Source: Clostridiales bacterium
GTDB lineage: Bacteria > Bacillota > Clostridia > Oscillospirales > CAG-272
NCBI GenBank assembly: GCA_016281895.1
Contig: JAEEJM010000023.1
Span: 1-35,815 of the forward strand
Length of the DNA stretch: 35,815 bases
Direction: 5' to 3'
Shown here: positions 22,703-30,910 of the stretch, piece by piece
Position numbering within the stretch: the stretch's first letter is position 1
How the letters are laid out: each line of letters begins with the position of its first letter
Notes under the pieces: generated by a model
The model's database searches: none
The model's input: the letters and a program-made list of their open reading frames with translations, nothing else
Told to the model about the DNA's origin: nothing
Program-made: the position numbers and the translations under genes

Positions 22703-23860
22703 TTGATCATTGCCGTCATATGCGATGTGCTCGGCGAAGCCAACAACGGCACGACCATCGCCGCGAGAAACCTCATAAACGCGATGAGGGAGAGGGGGCA
22801 TACCGTCCGTGTGGTCTGCCCCGACGAGGAGCGCCGCGGACAGCCCGGCTGGTACGTCGTCCCCCGCTACGACTTCGGCCCCTTTCAGAAATATATGGAA
22901 AAGAACGGCGTCGCCCCGGCCAGGGTAGACCCGGAGGTTCTCGAGTCGGCCGTCAGGGACGCCGACATAATCCATGTGATCCTTCCGTTCTCCCTCGGCA
23001 AGGCTGCCGCCCGGTACGCCTCCGCCCACGGGATCCCCCTGACGGCCGGCTTCCACTGCCAGGCCGAGAACATCTCGAGCCACCTGTTTCTCAAGAACGT
23101 CCCCGCGGTGAACCGCCTGATATACAAGATCCTCTACCGCCGCCTCTACCGCTGCTGCGACTGCATCCACTATCCGACGCAGTTCATATGCGACGTCTTC
23201 GAAAAGACGGTCGGACCGACGCCTCACAGGGTGATATCCAACGGAGTCAGCCGCGAGTTCGGCCCGGGCCCCCTCACGGACGCCGCGTCCGGCCGCCGGG
23301 AGGACGGCCGGCCATTCACGGTCCTGTTCATAGGGCGGTACAGCAGGGAAAAGCGACACGACGTCCTGATAGACGCGGTCGCCCTCTCGAAGCACAGAGA
23401 CGGGATCCGGCTGATCTTTGCCGGGACCGGGCCGCTCGGGGACAGGCTCCGGAGGCGCGCCGAGAGGCGGAAGATCCCTCCTCCGGTCATGCGGTTCTAC
23501 AGCCGCCCGGAGCTGATAGACGTCATACGCTCCGCCGATCTTTATGTCCATCCGGCGGAGATCGAGATCGAGGCCATAGCGTGCCTCGAGGCCATAGCCT
23601 GCGGCAAGACCCCGGTCATAGCCGACTCCCCGAGGAGCGCGACGCGCTACTTTGCCCTGTCGGAGGAGAATCTCTTCCGCGCGAACGATCCCGCCGACCT
23701 GGCAGCGCGCATCGACTGGTGGCTCGAGCACCCCGAAGAGAGGAAGGCCTGCGAGCGGCGCTACCTGGGCTATGCCTCGCAGTTCGACTTCGACCGCTGC
23801 ATGGACGAGATGGAGAGAATGCTTGCGGAGACCGCCGGGGGTAAACGAGATGAAGCGTGA
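22703..23860 (+). CDS. GT4-family (GT-B fold) glycosyltransferase, diacylglycerol/lipid glycosyltransferase-like
   Basis: It uses a TTG start with a GGAGGTGGAG SD 3-12 nt upstream. The N-terminus is MIIAVICDVLGEANNGTTIAARNLINAMRERGHTV. The C-terminal E-x7-E motif is PAEIEIEAIACLEAIACG. The protein is 385 aa. Confidence 0.8.
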   Translation: MIIAVICDVLGEANNGTTIAARNLINAMRERGHTVRVVCPDEERRGQPGWYVVPRYDFGPFQKYMEKNGVAPARVDPEVLESAVRDADIIHVILPFSLGKAAARYASAHGIPLTAGFHCQAENISSHLFLKNVPAVNRLIYKILYRRLYRCCDCIHYPTQFICDVFEKTVGPTPHRVISNGVSREFGPGPLTDAASGRREDGRPFTVLFIGRYSREKRHDVLIDAVALSKHRDGIRLIFAGTGPLGDRLRRRAERRKIPPPVMRFYSRPELIDVIRSADLYVHPAEIEIEAIACLEAIACGKTPVIADSPRSATRYFALSEENLFRANDPADLAARIDWWLEHPEERKACERRYLGYASQFDFDRCMDEMERMLAETAGGKRDEA

Positions 23861-24638
23861 GCGTGTGATCTATTACTCCGACGTCCTCAACGACGATTTT
23901 GCCGATACCGATATAAGGACGAAGCGGGTCGGGGCGGATTTTCCGTATCGGCACGCCCCGGCGCCTTGGCGGATCGCGGCCTTCCTGCTTTATTATGCCG
24001 TCGCCGCGCCCATAGTCTTCCTGATCTCGAAGCTGTACCTGGGACTGAAGTTCGAGAACCGCAGGGTGCTCAGGGAGCTCCGCGGCAGCGGCTTCTATCT
24101 GTACGGCAACCACACGAGAAACCTCGACGCCTTCGTGCCGTCCATGGCCGCGTTCCCTAAGCGCGCGTATATAGTCTCCAGCCCCGACGCGGTATCCATA
24201 CCGCTGTTGAGAAACACGGTTCAGATGCTGGGGGCCATCCCCGTGCCGACCGAGACTGCCGGAATGCGCCCGTTCACCGAGGCGGTCTACGCCGCCCGGG
24301 CCGCGGGAGGCTGCGTCGCAGTCTATCCGGAAGCCCACGTGTGGCCGCTCTACACCGGTATCCGGCCCTTCCCGGATACCTCGTTCCGCTATCCCGTCAG
24401 GGACGGCGCGCCGGTCGTGGCAATGGTGACTACCTACCGCAGGCGCACCGGCCTGTTCCGCTTCTGTTCGCGCCCGGGAATGACGGTCACCTTCTCGCGG
24501 CCGATGACGGCGGACCCGTCGCTGAGCCTCAGGGAGGCGCAGAGGGACCTGCGCGACAGGGTGCGTGACTTCATGCTGGAGGTATCGTCGGGCAGGGAGA
24601 ACGTGGAATACATCCGTTATGAGAAGCGCGGCGGCTGA
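23850..24638 (+). CDS. lysophospholipid/1-acylglycerol-3-phosphate acyltransferase (LPLAT, PlsC-like) family protein
   Basis: I place the start at ATG 23850, which overlaps the GT4 stop by 11 nt. The H-x4-D motif is GNHTRNLDAF, and the motif III-like element is AVYPEAHVW. An N-terminal hydrophobic segment is present (IAAFLLYYAVAAPIVFLISKL). The track ORF from 23652 is an upstream extension inside the GT4 gene. Confidence 0.75.
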   Translation: MKRERVIYYSDVLNDDFADTDIRTKRVGADFPYRHAPAPWRIAAFLLYYAVAAPIVFLISKLYLGLKFENRRVLRELRGSGFYLYGNHTRNLDAFVPSMAAFPKRAYIVSSPDAVSIPLLRNTVQMLGAIPVPTETAGMRPFTEAVYAARAAGGCVAVYPEAHVWPLYTGIRPFPDTSFRYPVRDGAPVVAMVTTYRRRTGLFRFCSRPGMTVTFSRPMTADPSLSLREAQRDLRDRVRDFMLEVSSGRENVEYIRYEKRGG

Positions 24639-24775
24639 GACCGGGCGCCGGCCGGATCTCCGGCGGCCCGCCGTTCAGCCGAGCAGCGTGCGCCATTTAC
24701 GGAAGGCCGCGTTCCGTCCGTGAAGCGCGGCGCCGTTCCGTGAAGGCCGCCGAGACGGGACCGGCATCTGCATAT

Positions 24776-24816
24776 GAGAGCTCCCCGGAGGTCCGCAGGA
24801 CCCGCGGGGAGCTCTC
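24776..24816. terminator. 12-bp perfect hairpin between convergent genes (acyltransferase +, solute-binding protein -); no T-run
   Basis: GAGAGCTCCCCG (24776-24787) pairs with CGGGGAGCTCTC (24805-24816). The loop itself contains GGTCC-GCA-GGACC. Confidence 0.45.
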
Positions 24817-24827
24817 CGCGCATGAGT

Positions 24828-26324
24828 TCAGTCTATCGCCAGGATCTTGTCCTGGACCTTCTTAAGGTCGTTCGGGATCTTGGTCTTCAGCGCCGCCCAG
24901 GCGGCTGAGACGGACCTGTTGTATGAGGCGGTGATAAGCGGGGATATGTCTGCCGGGAAAAGGTCGGTGATGTAGTATCTGATGGAACCCTTTACGGTGT
25001 CCAGCATGAGAGCCATGTCAGGGTCGCTGGCCCGCTTCGTCTTGAGCGTGAGTTCGTAATAGGCCTCCATGACGGTCGAGGACGAGACGTAGGCCCAGTA
25101 ATCCATTACGTTTCCGAGCATCTCAACATCGGCGGAGGGATCGTCCGGAATGGTCCATATGGGGAAGAGCGCGTCCATCTGATGGTAGTATTCAGGCTGG
25201 TCGGAATCGTACTTGGGATTCATGACGGCGCCGATGCCCTTTTCGGATTCTCCGAAGGCTTCGAGAGAGCCGTTCATGGTGGTCTGTGTAAAGAGGAAGT
25301 GCCCTTCGGAAAACAGAGCCCTGGCATGATAGAACTGATCGATGTATTTAGATGAGTTCAGGGCATCCAGACCGGCGGCCGTTCCGTAGTCTATGCTGAC
25401 GGAAGGATCGGAGATGATCGCCTTGTATTTGTCGAGGAAATCCTGAGTCTTTTCGGCGTAATCGGTCCCTATCCTGCATACGAGGTCTCCCGCCTCGTCC
25501 ACCTCGACCCTGAACGAGCCTATGCCGGTGAGCAGGTGATCGCACTCCTCTTTGATCATGCCGTATATGCCGATCTGTCCGTCGGCACCGGGGGCCGATA
25601 CGCTCTTGATCATCTGAAAGAATACATCTATGGTCCATTCGTTGCGCGCGGCGTATTCGTACGGGCTGGTCAACCTGAAGTCCTCCAGCACCGCCTTGTT
25701 GAACCACCAGAGGCGGCAACCGGCCAGGTTGGCCACCGAGACGTCGTTGGGCATTATGAAGAGCTTTCCGGCGTAGCCGTATTCCCGGCAGGCGTTTTTG
25801 TCCCACCAGCCCGTGGTAAAATCGACGTCCAGGTCGTTGAAGTTGCGCAGCAGTCCCTCGTAGGCAAGGCCGCCCAGCGAGCTTCTCTGTGCCAGCACGA
25901 TGTCGTACGGGAGGTCGCCCGCCGCCAGGTCCTTTTTCACGGTGTCCTGAGGATAGTCGGCCTCGGTGAAGCTGAAGCTTATGTTGTATTTTTCCTCGAC
26001 CCTCTGATTTCTAACCGCGGCCTGCTCGTTTACCAGGTCTGTAGCGTTCTCGGGACAGTAGATGTACAGCCCCGCGTAATGCTTGGCCTTCGACGAGCGC
26101 ATGTAGACGGAGAAGGTCTCCCCGCCGTAGTCCGCGTCGCGGAAGACCGGGCCCGTATGCTCGGACGATGTGCCGTCCGGTCCGCCGGACAAGCCGGGAT
26201 CCTGAGACGGGGCGGACTGTGCGGAGCCGTCGCCGTCCGGTGCGCCGCAAGATGCCGCGGCAAGTGCGGACAGGAGCGCAAAGAGCGCCAGAAGAAGGGA
26301 GAATACGGTTTTCAGTTTTTTCAT
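24828..26324 (-). CDS. ABC transporter extracellular solute-binding lipoprotein (family 1, LplA-like size class)
   Basis: The signal peptide has a lipobox-like cleavage site (LLSALAAASCG), followed by a Ser/Gly/Pro linker. The ~500-aa size and composition are typical of sugar/oligosaccharide-binding proteins. An AGGAGG SD lies 10 nt upstream of the ATG. Confidence 0.75.
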   Translation of the reverse strand: MKKLKTVFSLLLALFALLSALAAASCGAPDGDGSAQSAPSQDPGLSGGPDGTSSEHTGPVFRDADYGGETFSVYMRSSKAKHYAGLYIYCPENATDLVNEQAAVRNQRVEEKYNISFSFTEADYPQDTVKKDLAAGDLPYDIVLAQRSSLGGLAYEGLLRNFNDLDVDFTTGWWDKNACREYGYAGKLFIMPNDVSVANLAGCRLWWFNKAVLEDFRLTSPYEYAARNEWTIDVFFQMIKSVSAPGADGQIGIYGMIKEECDHLLTGIGSFRVEVDEAGDLVCRIGTDYAEKTQDFLDKYKAIISDPSVSIDYGTAAGLDALNSSKYIDQFYHARALFSEGHFLFTQTTMNGSLEAFGESEKGIGAVMNPKYDSDQPEYYHQMDALFPIWTIPDDPSADVEMLGNVMDYWAYVSSSTVMEAYYELTLKTKRASDPDMALMLDTVKGSIRYYITDLFPADISPLITASYNRSVSAAWAALKTKIPNDLKKVQDKILAID

Positions 26325-26369
26325 TTGAGTTCGGACCTCCTAGAGAATTGCCCCGGTCCGGGCAGTTTA

Positions 26370-26398
26370 AGCATAGCACGAGTCGTCATCCGTGTCAA
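26370..26398 (-). promoter_or_regulatory. sigmaA-type promoter (TTGACA-17-TATGCT) for the solute-binding protein gene
   Basis: On the minus strand, TTGACA is the complement of 26393-26398, followed by a 17-nt spacer and TATGCT (complement of 26370-26375). Confidence 0.7.
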
Positions 26399-26421
26399 GA
26401 CGCAAAATGGGAATGACGTCA

Positions 26422-26444
26422 GGATCCGGAACCGGATCCGGAAC
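26422..26444 (+). repeat. tandem direct repeat GGATCCGGAAC (x2, 12-nt period) upstream of the ABC ATPase gene
   Basis: The copies lie at 26422-26432 and 26434-26444. Each contains the overlapping palindromes GGATCC and TCCGGA. The second ends 49 nt upstream of ATG 26493. Confidence 0.8.
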
Positions 26445-26492
26445 ATGACCCCGGCGCGGGACTTGAAACCGAAGAAAGGGGCGGTGCCGGAA

Positions 26493-27158
26493 ATGATTGA
26501 TATACAGGATCTGAACAAGTACTACAGAGTCGGAAAGAGTTGGTTCCACGTTCTGAAAGACGTTTCCCTTCACGTCGGCAGAGGGGAGATGGTGGCCGTG
26601 ACCGGCAGATCCGGTTCCGGCAAGACCACCCTGCTGAACATAATCGGAACGGTGGACTCTTACGACGACGGGACTTACACCTATTGCGTGCAGGAAGTCC
26701 GTGATCTGTCTGACAGGAAAAAAGCCGCTCTCAGGGCGAAGTCCATAGGTTTCGTCAACCAGGACTATATGCTCCTGGAGCACCGCACGGCCGCGGAGAA
26801 CGTGGAACTGCCTCTGTACTTCGGGAAAGTCGGAAGGACCGAGATCCGCAGACGCGCGGTCAGGGCGCTTTCCGAGCTCGGTATCCTGCCTCTCGCGCAG
26901 AAAAAGGTCTGCGACCTGTCGGGAGGCGAAAAACAGCGGGTGGCCATTGCGCGCGCGCTCGTCATCGGGCCGGAACTGATCCTTGCCGACGAGCCTACCG
27001 GGGCGCTGGACGAGAATACCGGGAACGATATAATGCAGATCCTCAGGAAGCTGAACGCGGAGCAGGGCATAACCATGATCATAGTGACTCACGACAGCGA
27101 CGTCGCCGCGTTCTGCGGCCGCACTGTCCGTTTGAACGACGGCCGGATCGCCGAATGA
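26493..27158 (+). CDS. ABC transporter ATP-binding protein (MacB/LolD/FtsE-like), no adjacent permease
   Basis: I place the start at ATG 26493 (MIDIQDLNKYYRV). Walker A is GRSGSGKTT, the Q-loop is VNQD, the signature motif is LSGGEKQR, Walker B is LILADEPT and the H-loop is VTHD. The 540-aa track ORF is an antisense extension through the solute-binding protein gene. Confidence 0.88.
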   Translation: MIDIQDLNKYYRVGKSWFHVLKDVSLHVGRGEMVAVTGRSGSGKTTLLNIIGTVDSYDDGTYTYCVQEVRDLSDRKKAALRAKSIGFVNQDYMLLEHRTAAENVELPLYFGKVGRTEIRRRAVRALSELGILPLAQKKVCDLSGGEKQRVAIARALVIGPELILADEPTGALDENTGNDIMQILRKLNAEQGITMIIVTHDSDVAAFCGRTVRLNDGRIAE

Positions 27159-27226
27159 GATCCGGGGCCGGGAGAGTCTGAGGCCCCGGGAAGCGAAGCA
27201 ATTTCGTCCTCATTACGAAAAAAAGG

Positions 27227-27255
27227 TTGACATACGGGCCCGGAAGTGGTAAAAC
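27227..27255 (+). promoter_or_regulatory. sigmaA-type promoter (TTGACA-17-TGgTAAAAC, extended -10) for the aquaporin gene
   Basis: TTGACA lies at 27227-27232 and TAAAAC at 27250-27255, with TG at 27247-27248. The leader contains the hairpin CGGACGGC-GCAC-GCCGTCCG. Confidence 0.6.
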
Positions 27256-27307
27256 AGTATCAGCGGACGGCGCACGCCGTCCGTAACGACAAACGGAGGA
27301 GAAGAGT

Positions 27308-27970
27308 ATGAATTCATTCAGAAAGTATCTTGCGGAGTTTACGGGCACCTTCGTGCTCGTGCTGTTTGCCTGCGGGGCCGCGGTCGTCACCGGCTGCTCC
27401 ACATCCAATTACGCGGGCTATCTGCTCACCGCTCTCGCGTTCGGCCTCGTCATCGTCGCCATGGCGTATTCCATCGGCAACGTTTCCGGCTGTCACATCA
27501 ATCCCGCCGTCAGCCTTGCCATGCTCATATGCGGAAAGATCTCGTTCGGCGATTTCGCGGGTTACGTCGTGGCCCAGTTCGCCGGAGCGACGGCGGGCGC
27601 CGGAGTTCTCTGGGCTCTGCTCGGGAGCAACGAGGCGCTGGGTCAGAACGGCCTGTATAACGGCAATGTCTGGCTCTCGCTCCTGGTCGAGATCATCCTT
27701 ACCTTCGTATTCGTCCTGGCTATCCTCGGAGTGACCTCAAAGCCCGAGTACGGCTCCGTCGCGGGAGTCGTCATCGGCCTCACGCTCACGCTCGTTCACA
27801 TCTTCGGCATCTACTTCACCGGCACCTCTGTCAATCCGGCCCGCAGCTTCGGGCCCGCCGTCTTTGCCGGAGGAGAGGCTCTCTCGTCCCTGTGGGTGTT
27901 CATCGTCGCGCCTCTCGTCGGAGGAGCGGCCGCGGCCCTCTGCCACAAGTTCCTCTCGGGGAAAAAATGA
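27308..27970 (+). CDS. aqpZ: MIP-family channel, aquaporin Z-like
   Basis: 220 aa with six hydrophobic segments. Two NPA boxes are present: HINPAVS and SVNPARS. Confidence 0.9.
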   Translation: MNSFRKYLAEFTGTFVLVLFACGAAVVTGCSTSNYAGYLLTALAFGLVIVAMAYSIGNVSGCHINPAVSLAMLICGKISFGDFAGYVVAQFAGATAGAGVLWALLGSNEALGQNGLYNGNVWLSLLVEIILTFVFVLAILGVTSKPEYGSVAGVVIGLTLTLVHIFGIYFTGTSVNPARSFGPAVFAGGEALSSLWVFIVAPLVGGAAAALCHKFLSGKK

Positions 27971-28001
27971 GGGCCGGCAGATAACGGCGATCGGAACCTG
28001 A

Positions 28002-28038
28002 CGGGCGGCGCCCACGGAGGCGCCGCCCGATTTTTTTT
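28002..28038 (+). terminator. Rho-independent terminator of the aquaporin gene
   Basis: The stem is CGGGCGGCGCC-CACGGA-GGCGCCGCCCG (11 bp), followed by A and T8 (28031-28038). Confidence 0.9.
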
Positions 28039-28069
28039 CGAAAAAGCGATGCGCGGCGCCGTTTGACGC

Positions 28070-28098
28070 TTGACAGCGCCGCAACTTTGGTGTATAAT
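28070..28098 (+). promoter_or_regulatory. consensus sigmaA-type promoter (TTGACA-17-TATAAT) for the SPFH-RHH operon
   Basis: TTGACA lies at 28070-28075, followed by a 17-nt spacer and TATAAT at 28093-28098. A GGAGGA SD lies 7 nt before ATG 28150. Confidence 0.8.
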
Positions 28099-28149
28099 AT
28101 GATCGTGATATCAAAAAGAAATCAAAAAGGATAATCGGAGGATAGTGTA

Positions 28150-29172
28150 ATGACTGAAAAGGTTCTTGCCGGCAGAAAGCACGGCATGGCTGTATTGATC
28201 GGCGGCATTCTGCTCTACATCGCCGCCTTCGCGGGGATCATCTGGGGCGCGGGGGACGGAGACGAGATCGCGGTCCCGGCGGTCTTCATCCCCAGCATGA
28301 TCTACTTTTTTGCGGGCTTTCTGCCGTTTCTGGGGCTCAAGGTCATCGGCCCGCAGGAGGCGCTGGTCCTGACTCTCTTCGGACGCTACTACGGCACTCT
28401 CAAGGGAGAGGGGTTCTATTTCGTCAATCCGTTCTGCGTCGCGGTGAACCCGGCCGCCGACACGCACCTCAACCAGAGCGGCGACGTCAAGACCGAAAAG
28501 CCGGTCGTCGCCGTACAGGGACAGAACGGCCACGTGAACGTCGGCTTCAAGAACGGCGGCAAGCGCATATCGCTGAAGATCATGACGCTAAACAACAGCC
28601 GTCAGAAGGTCAACGACTGCCTCGGCAATCCGGTTGACATAGGCATCGCCGTCATCTGGAGGGTCGTCGATACCGCCAAGGCCGTCTTCGACGTCGATAA
28701 CTACAAGGAGTATCTGAGCCTGCAGAGCGACAGCGCGCTGCGGAATATCGTGAGGATATACCCTTATGACATCGCCCCCAACGTCGACACCACCGGCGAC
28801 GGCGTCGCCGACGAGGGCAGCCTGCGCGGCTCCAGCGAAATCGTTGCAAAACGGATCAGGGACGAGATCCAGTCGAAGGTCACTGCGGCCGGGATCGAGA
28901 TCATCGAGGCCCGCATCACCTACCTCGCCTATTCGACCGAGATCGCCGCGGCCATGCTACAGCGCCAGCAGGCGTCCGCGATAATCGACGCGCGCAAGAT
29001 GATCGTCGACGGAGCCGTGGGCATGGTCGAGATGGCCCTGGAGCGTCTGAACGAAAAGGGGACCGTCCAGCTCGACGAGGAGCGCAAGGCCGCAATGGTG
29101 TCGAACCTCCTTGTCGTGCTCTGCGGCAACCACGACGCCCAGCCGGTCGTGAACTCCGGCAGCCTGTACTGA
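28150..29172 (+). CDS. SPFH/band-7 (stomatin/flotillin-like) membrane protein
   Basis: Two N-terminal TM helices are present: [21 protein letters not shown] and [19 protein letters not shown]. The SPFH core includes [29 protein letters not shown] and ALRNIVR. The C-terminal region is Ala/Gln-rich and coiled-coil-like ([15 protein letters not shown]). Confidence 0.8.
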   Translation: MTEKVLAGRKHGMAVLIGGILLYIAAFAGIIWGAGDGDEIAVPAVFIPSMIYFFAGFLPFLGLKVIGPQEALVLTLFGRYYGTLKGEGFYFVNPFCVAVNPAADTHLNQSGDVKTEKPVVAVQGQNGHVNVGFKNGGKRISLKIMTLNNSRQKVNDCLGNPVDIGIAVIWRVVDTAKAVFDVDNYKEYLSLQSDSALRNIVRIYPYDIAPNVDTTGDGVADEGSLRGSSEIVAKRIRDEIQSKVTAAGIEIIEARITYLAYSTEIAAAMLQRQQASAIIDARKMIVDGAVGMVEMALERLNEKGTVQLDEERKAAMVSNLLVVLCGNHDAQPVVNSGSLY

Positions 29173-29173
29173 C

Positions 29174-29380
29174 ATGGACGAGGCCCGGAAGAAGCAGGTC
29201 CCTCTCCGTCTCTCGGAAAAGCTGTATGAGGAGATCGCCCGCTGGGCCGAGGACGATTTCAGATCCGTAAACGGACAGATCGAGTACCTACTGACCGAAT
29301 GCGTAAGGCGACGCCGGAAAGACCCCGGACCGGCCTTGGACGCGGATGACGCCGGCGGACACGCAGCCGGACAGGAATAA
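29174..29380 (+). CDS. Arc/MetJ-type ribbon-helix-helix DNA-binding protein with an acidic disordered tail
   Basis: 68 aa. [39 protein letters not shown] fits the beta-strand/helix/helix pattern of Arc-like RHH proteins. The ATG lies 1 nt after the SPFH stop, indicating translational coupling. Confidence 0.65.
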   Translation: MDEARKKQVPLRLSEKLYEEIARWAEDDFRSVNGQIEYLLTECVRRRRKDPGPALDADDAGGHAAGQE

Positions 29381-29386
29381 AAAAAG

Positions 29387-29435
29387 CCCTTCCGTCTTCC
29401 TGAAAAGGTTAGCGGGAGGGTTTTTTTGTTTTTTT
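29387..29435 (+). terminator. Rho-independent terminator after the RHH gene
   Basis: CCCTTCCG (29387-29394) pairs with CGGGAGGG (29413-29420). This is followed by T7-G-T7 (29421-29435). Confidence 0.8.
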
Positions 29436-29438
29436 CTG

Positions 29439-29467
29439 TTGACTTTTTTCCGGGATTTGTGTATAAT
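29439..29467 (+). promoter_or_regulatory. consensus sigmaA-type promoter (TTGACT-17-TATAAT) of the citrate synthase-like operon
   Basis: TTGACT lies at 29439-29444, followed by a 17-nt spacer and TATAAT at 29462-29467. An AGGAG SD lies 7 nt before ATG 29499. Confidence 0.85.
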
Positions 29468-29478
29468 TGTATACAATT
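29465..29478. promoter_or_regulatory. 14-bp perfect palindrome AATTGTATACAATT overlapping the -10/+1 region; candidate GntR-family operator
   Basis: Read directly. The core TTGTATACAA fits the GntR/FadR-type operator pattern N-GT-N(x)-AC-N. An extra half-site, TATACAAT, follows at 29478-29485. A GntR gene lies inside the operon. Confidence 0.6.
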
Positions 29479-29498
29479 ATACAATCAGGAGCCGAATC

Positions 29499-30905
29499 AT
29501 GCTTGAACTGTCCCCGAAAACCAATCTCCTGGAGAGCGAGTCTTACAAGTACTCCCTGCAGGACATAGAGGAGCCCAATCTCTACCGCGAGATATTCAAT
29601 TACGAGGAGATCCCGAAGATCTCTTTCAACCATCGCCGCGTTCCGCTCGGCATGCCCGGCGAGATCTGGATCACGGACACCTCGTTCCGCGACGGTATGC
29701 AGTCGGTGGAGCCTTATACCACCGGGCAGATCGTATCGCTTTTCAGGCTCCTGTCGAAACTCGGCGGCCCGTACGGTATCATCCGGCAGACGGAGTTCTT
29801 CGTATACAGCGCGAAAGACAGGGAGGCCATAGCGCGCTGTCAGGAGCTCGGACTGCGTTTCCCCGAGATAACCACGTGGATCAGGGCCAACAGGTCTGAT
29901 TTCCGGCTCGTCAGGGAGCTGGGCATAGCCGAGACCGGGATACTCGTGTCCTGCAGCGACTACCACATATTCAAAAAGCTCAGGATGACCAGACGCCAGG
30001 CTATGGAACTGTACCTGTCGTCGGTGAGGGATGCCTTCGAGGCCGGCGTGATCCCGCGCTGCCACCTCGAGGACATCACGCGCGCCGACTTTTACGGTTT
30101 CGTGCTGCCCTTCGTCAACGAGCTCATGAGCCTGTCGAAAGAAGCCGGTATCCCCGTGAGGATCAGAGCCTGTGATACCATGGGATACGGCGTGCCCTTC
30201 ACCGAGGCGGCCATGCCGAGATCCGTGGCCGGTATAATATACGGCCTGCAGAACTACGCCGACGTCCCGAGCAGTTTGCTTGAGTGGCACGGGCACAACG
30301 ATTTCCACCTGGCCGTGGCCAATGCTTCGACGGCGTGGCTCCACGGGGCGTCGGCGGTCAACTGCTCGCTCCTCGGGATCGGAGAGCGGACGGGGAACGT
30401 GCCGCTCGAGGCCATGGTGATGCAGTACGCGGCCTTCCGAGGCTCGTTCGACGGCATGGATCCGCATGTCATAACGGAGATAGCCTGTTACTTCAGGGAC
30501 GAGATAGGCTACGACATCCCGCCGATGTCGCCCTTTGTCGGCAAAAACTTCAATGTCACGAGGGCCGGCATACACGCGGACGGCATGCTCAAGGACGAGG
30601 AGATATACAACATCTTCGACACGGAAAAGATCCTCGGGCGTCCGGCGTCCGTGGTCGTCAGCAAGACCTCGGGAGCGGCAGGAGTCGCCTGCTGGCTCAA
30701 CGAGCACCTGAAGAAGCCCGGGGGAGGCGCTTACGACAAGCGGGATCCGCTGGTCCTGGCCATGCGGGAGCGGGTCGACAGGGCCTATGAGGACGGCAGG
30801 GAGACCGCACTGACCGACGGCGAGCTCTACCGCATGGTCGGAGAGATCACCTCGGACGGCGGCAATACGGCCGATCCGCAGCACAGCGGACGGGGAAAGG
30901 TGTGA
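29499..30905 (+). CDS. isopropylmalate/homocitrate synthase-family enzyme, probable Re-face citrate synthase
   Basis: The HMGL-like (DRE-TIM) domain includes ITDTSFRDGMQS and EWHGHNDFHLAVANA. There is a ~60-aa N-terminal extension. The gene is clustered with aconitase and isocitrate dehydrogenase, as in clostridial Re-citrate synthase loci. I place the start at ATG 29499; the track ORF from 29346 runs through the terminator and promoter. Confidence 0.7.
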   Translation: MLELSPKTNLLESESYKYSLQDIEEPNLYREIFNYEEIPKISFNHRRVPLGMPGEIWITDTSFRDGMQSVEPYTTGQIVSLFRLLSKLGGPYGIIRQTEFFVYSAKDREAIARCQELGLRFPEITTWIRANRSDFRLVRELGIAETGILVSCSDYHIFKKLRMTRRQAMELYLSSVRDAFEAGVIPRCHLEDITRADFYGFVLPFVNELMSLSKEAGIPVRIRACDTMGYGVPFTEAAMPRSVAGIIYGLQNYADVPSSLLEWHGHNDFHLAVANASTAWLHGASAVNCSLLGIGERTGNVPLEAMVMQYAAFRGSFDGMDPHVITEIACYFRDEIGYDIPPMSPFVGKNFNVTRAGIHADGMLKDEEIYNIFDTEKILGRPASVVVSKTSGAAGVACWLNEHLKKPGGGAYDKRDPLVLAMRERVDRAYEDGRETALTDGELYRMVGEITSDGGNTADPQHSGRGKV

Positions 30906-30910
30906 GAGAC

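Noticed and set aside
28150-29380. Toxin-antitoxin pair (RHH antitoxin)
   Set aside because: The partner is a 340-aa SPFH membrane scaffold, not a known toxin family. The RHH gene is also downstream rather than upstream. The pair is kept as an uncharacterised finding, not a TA call.
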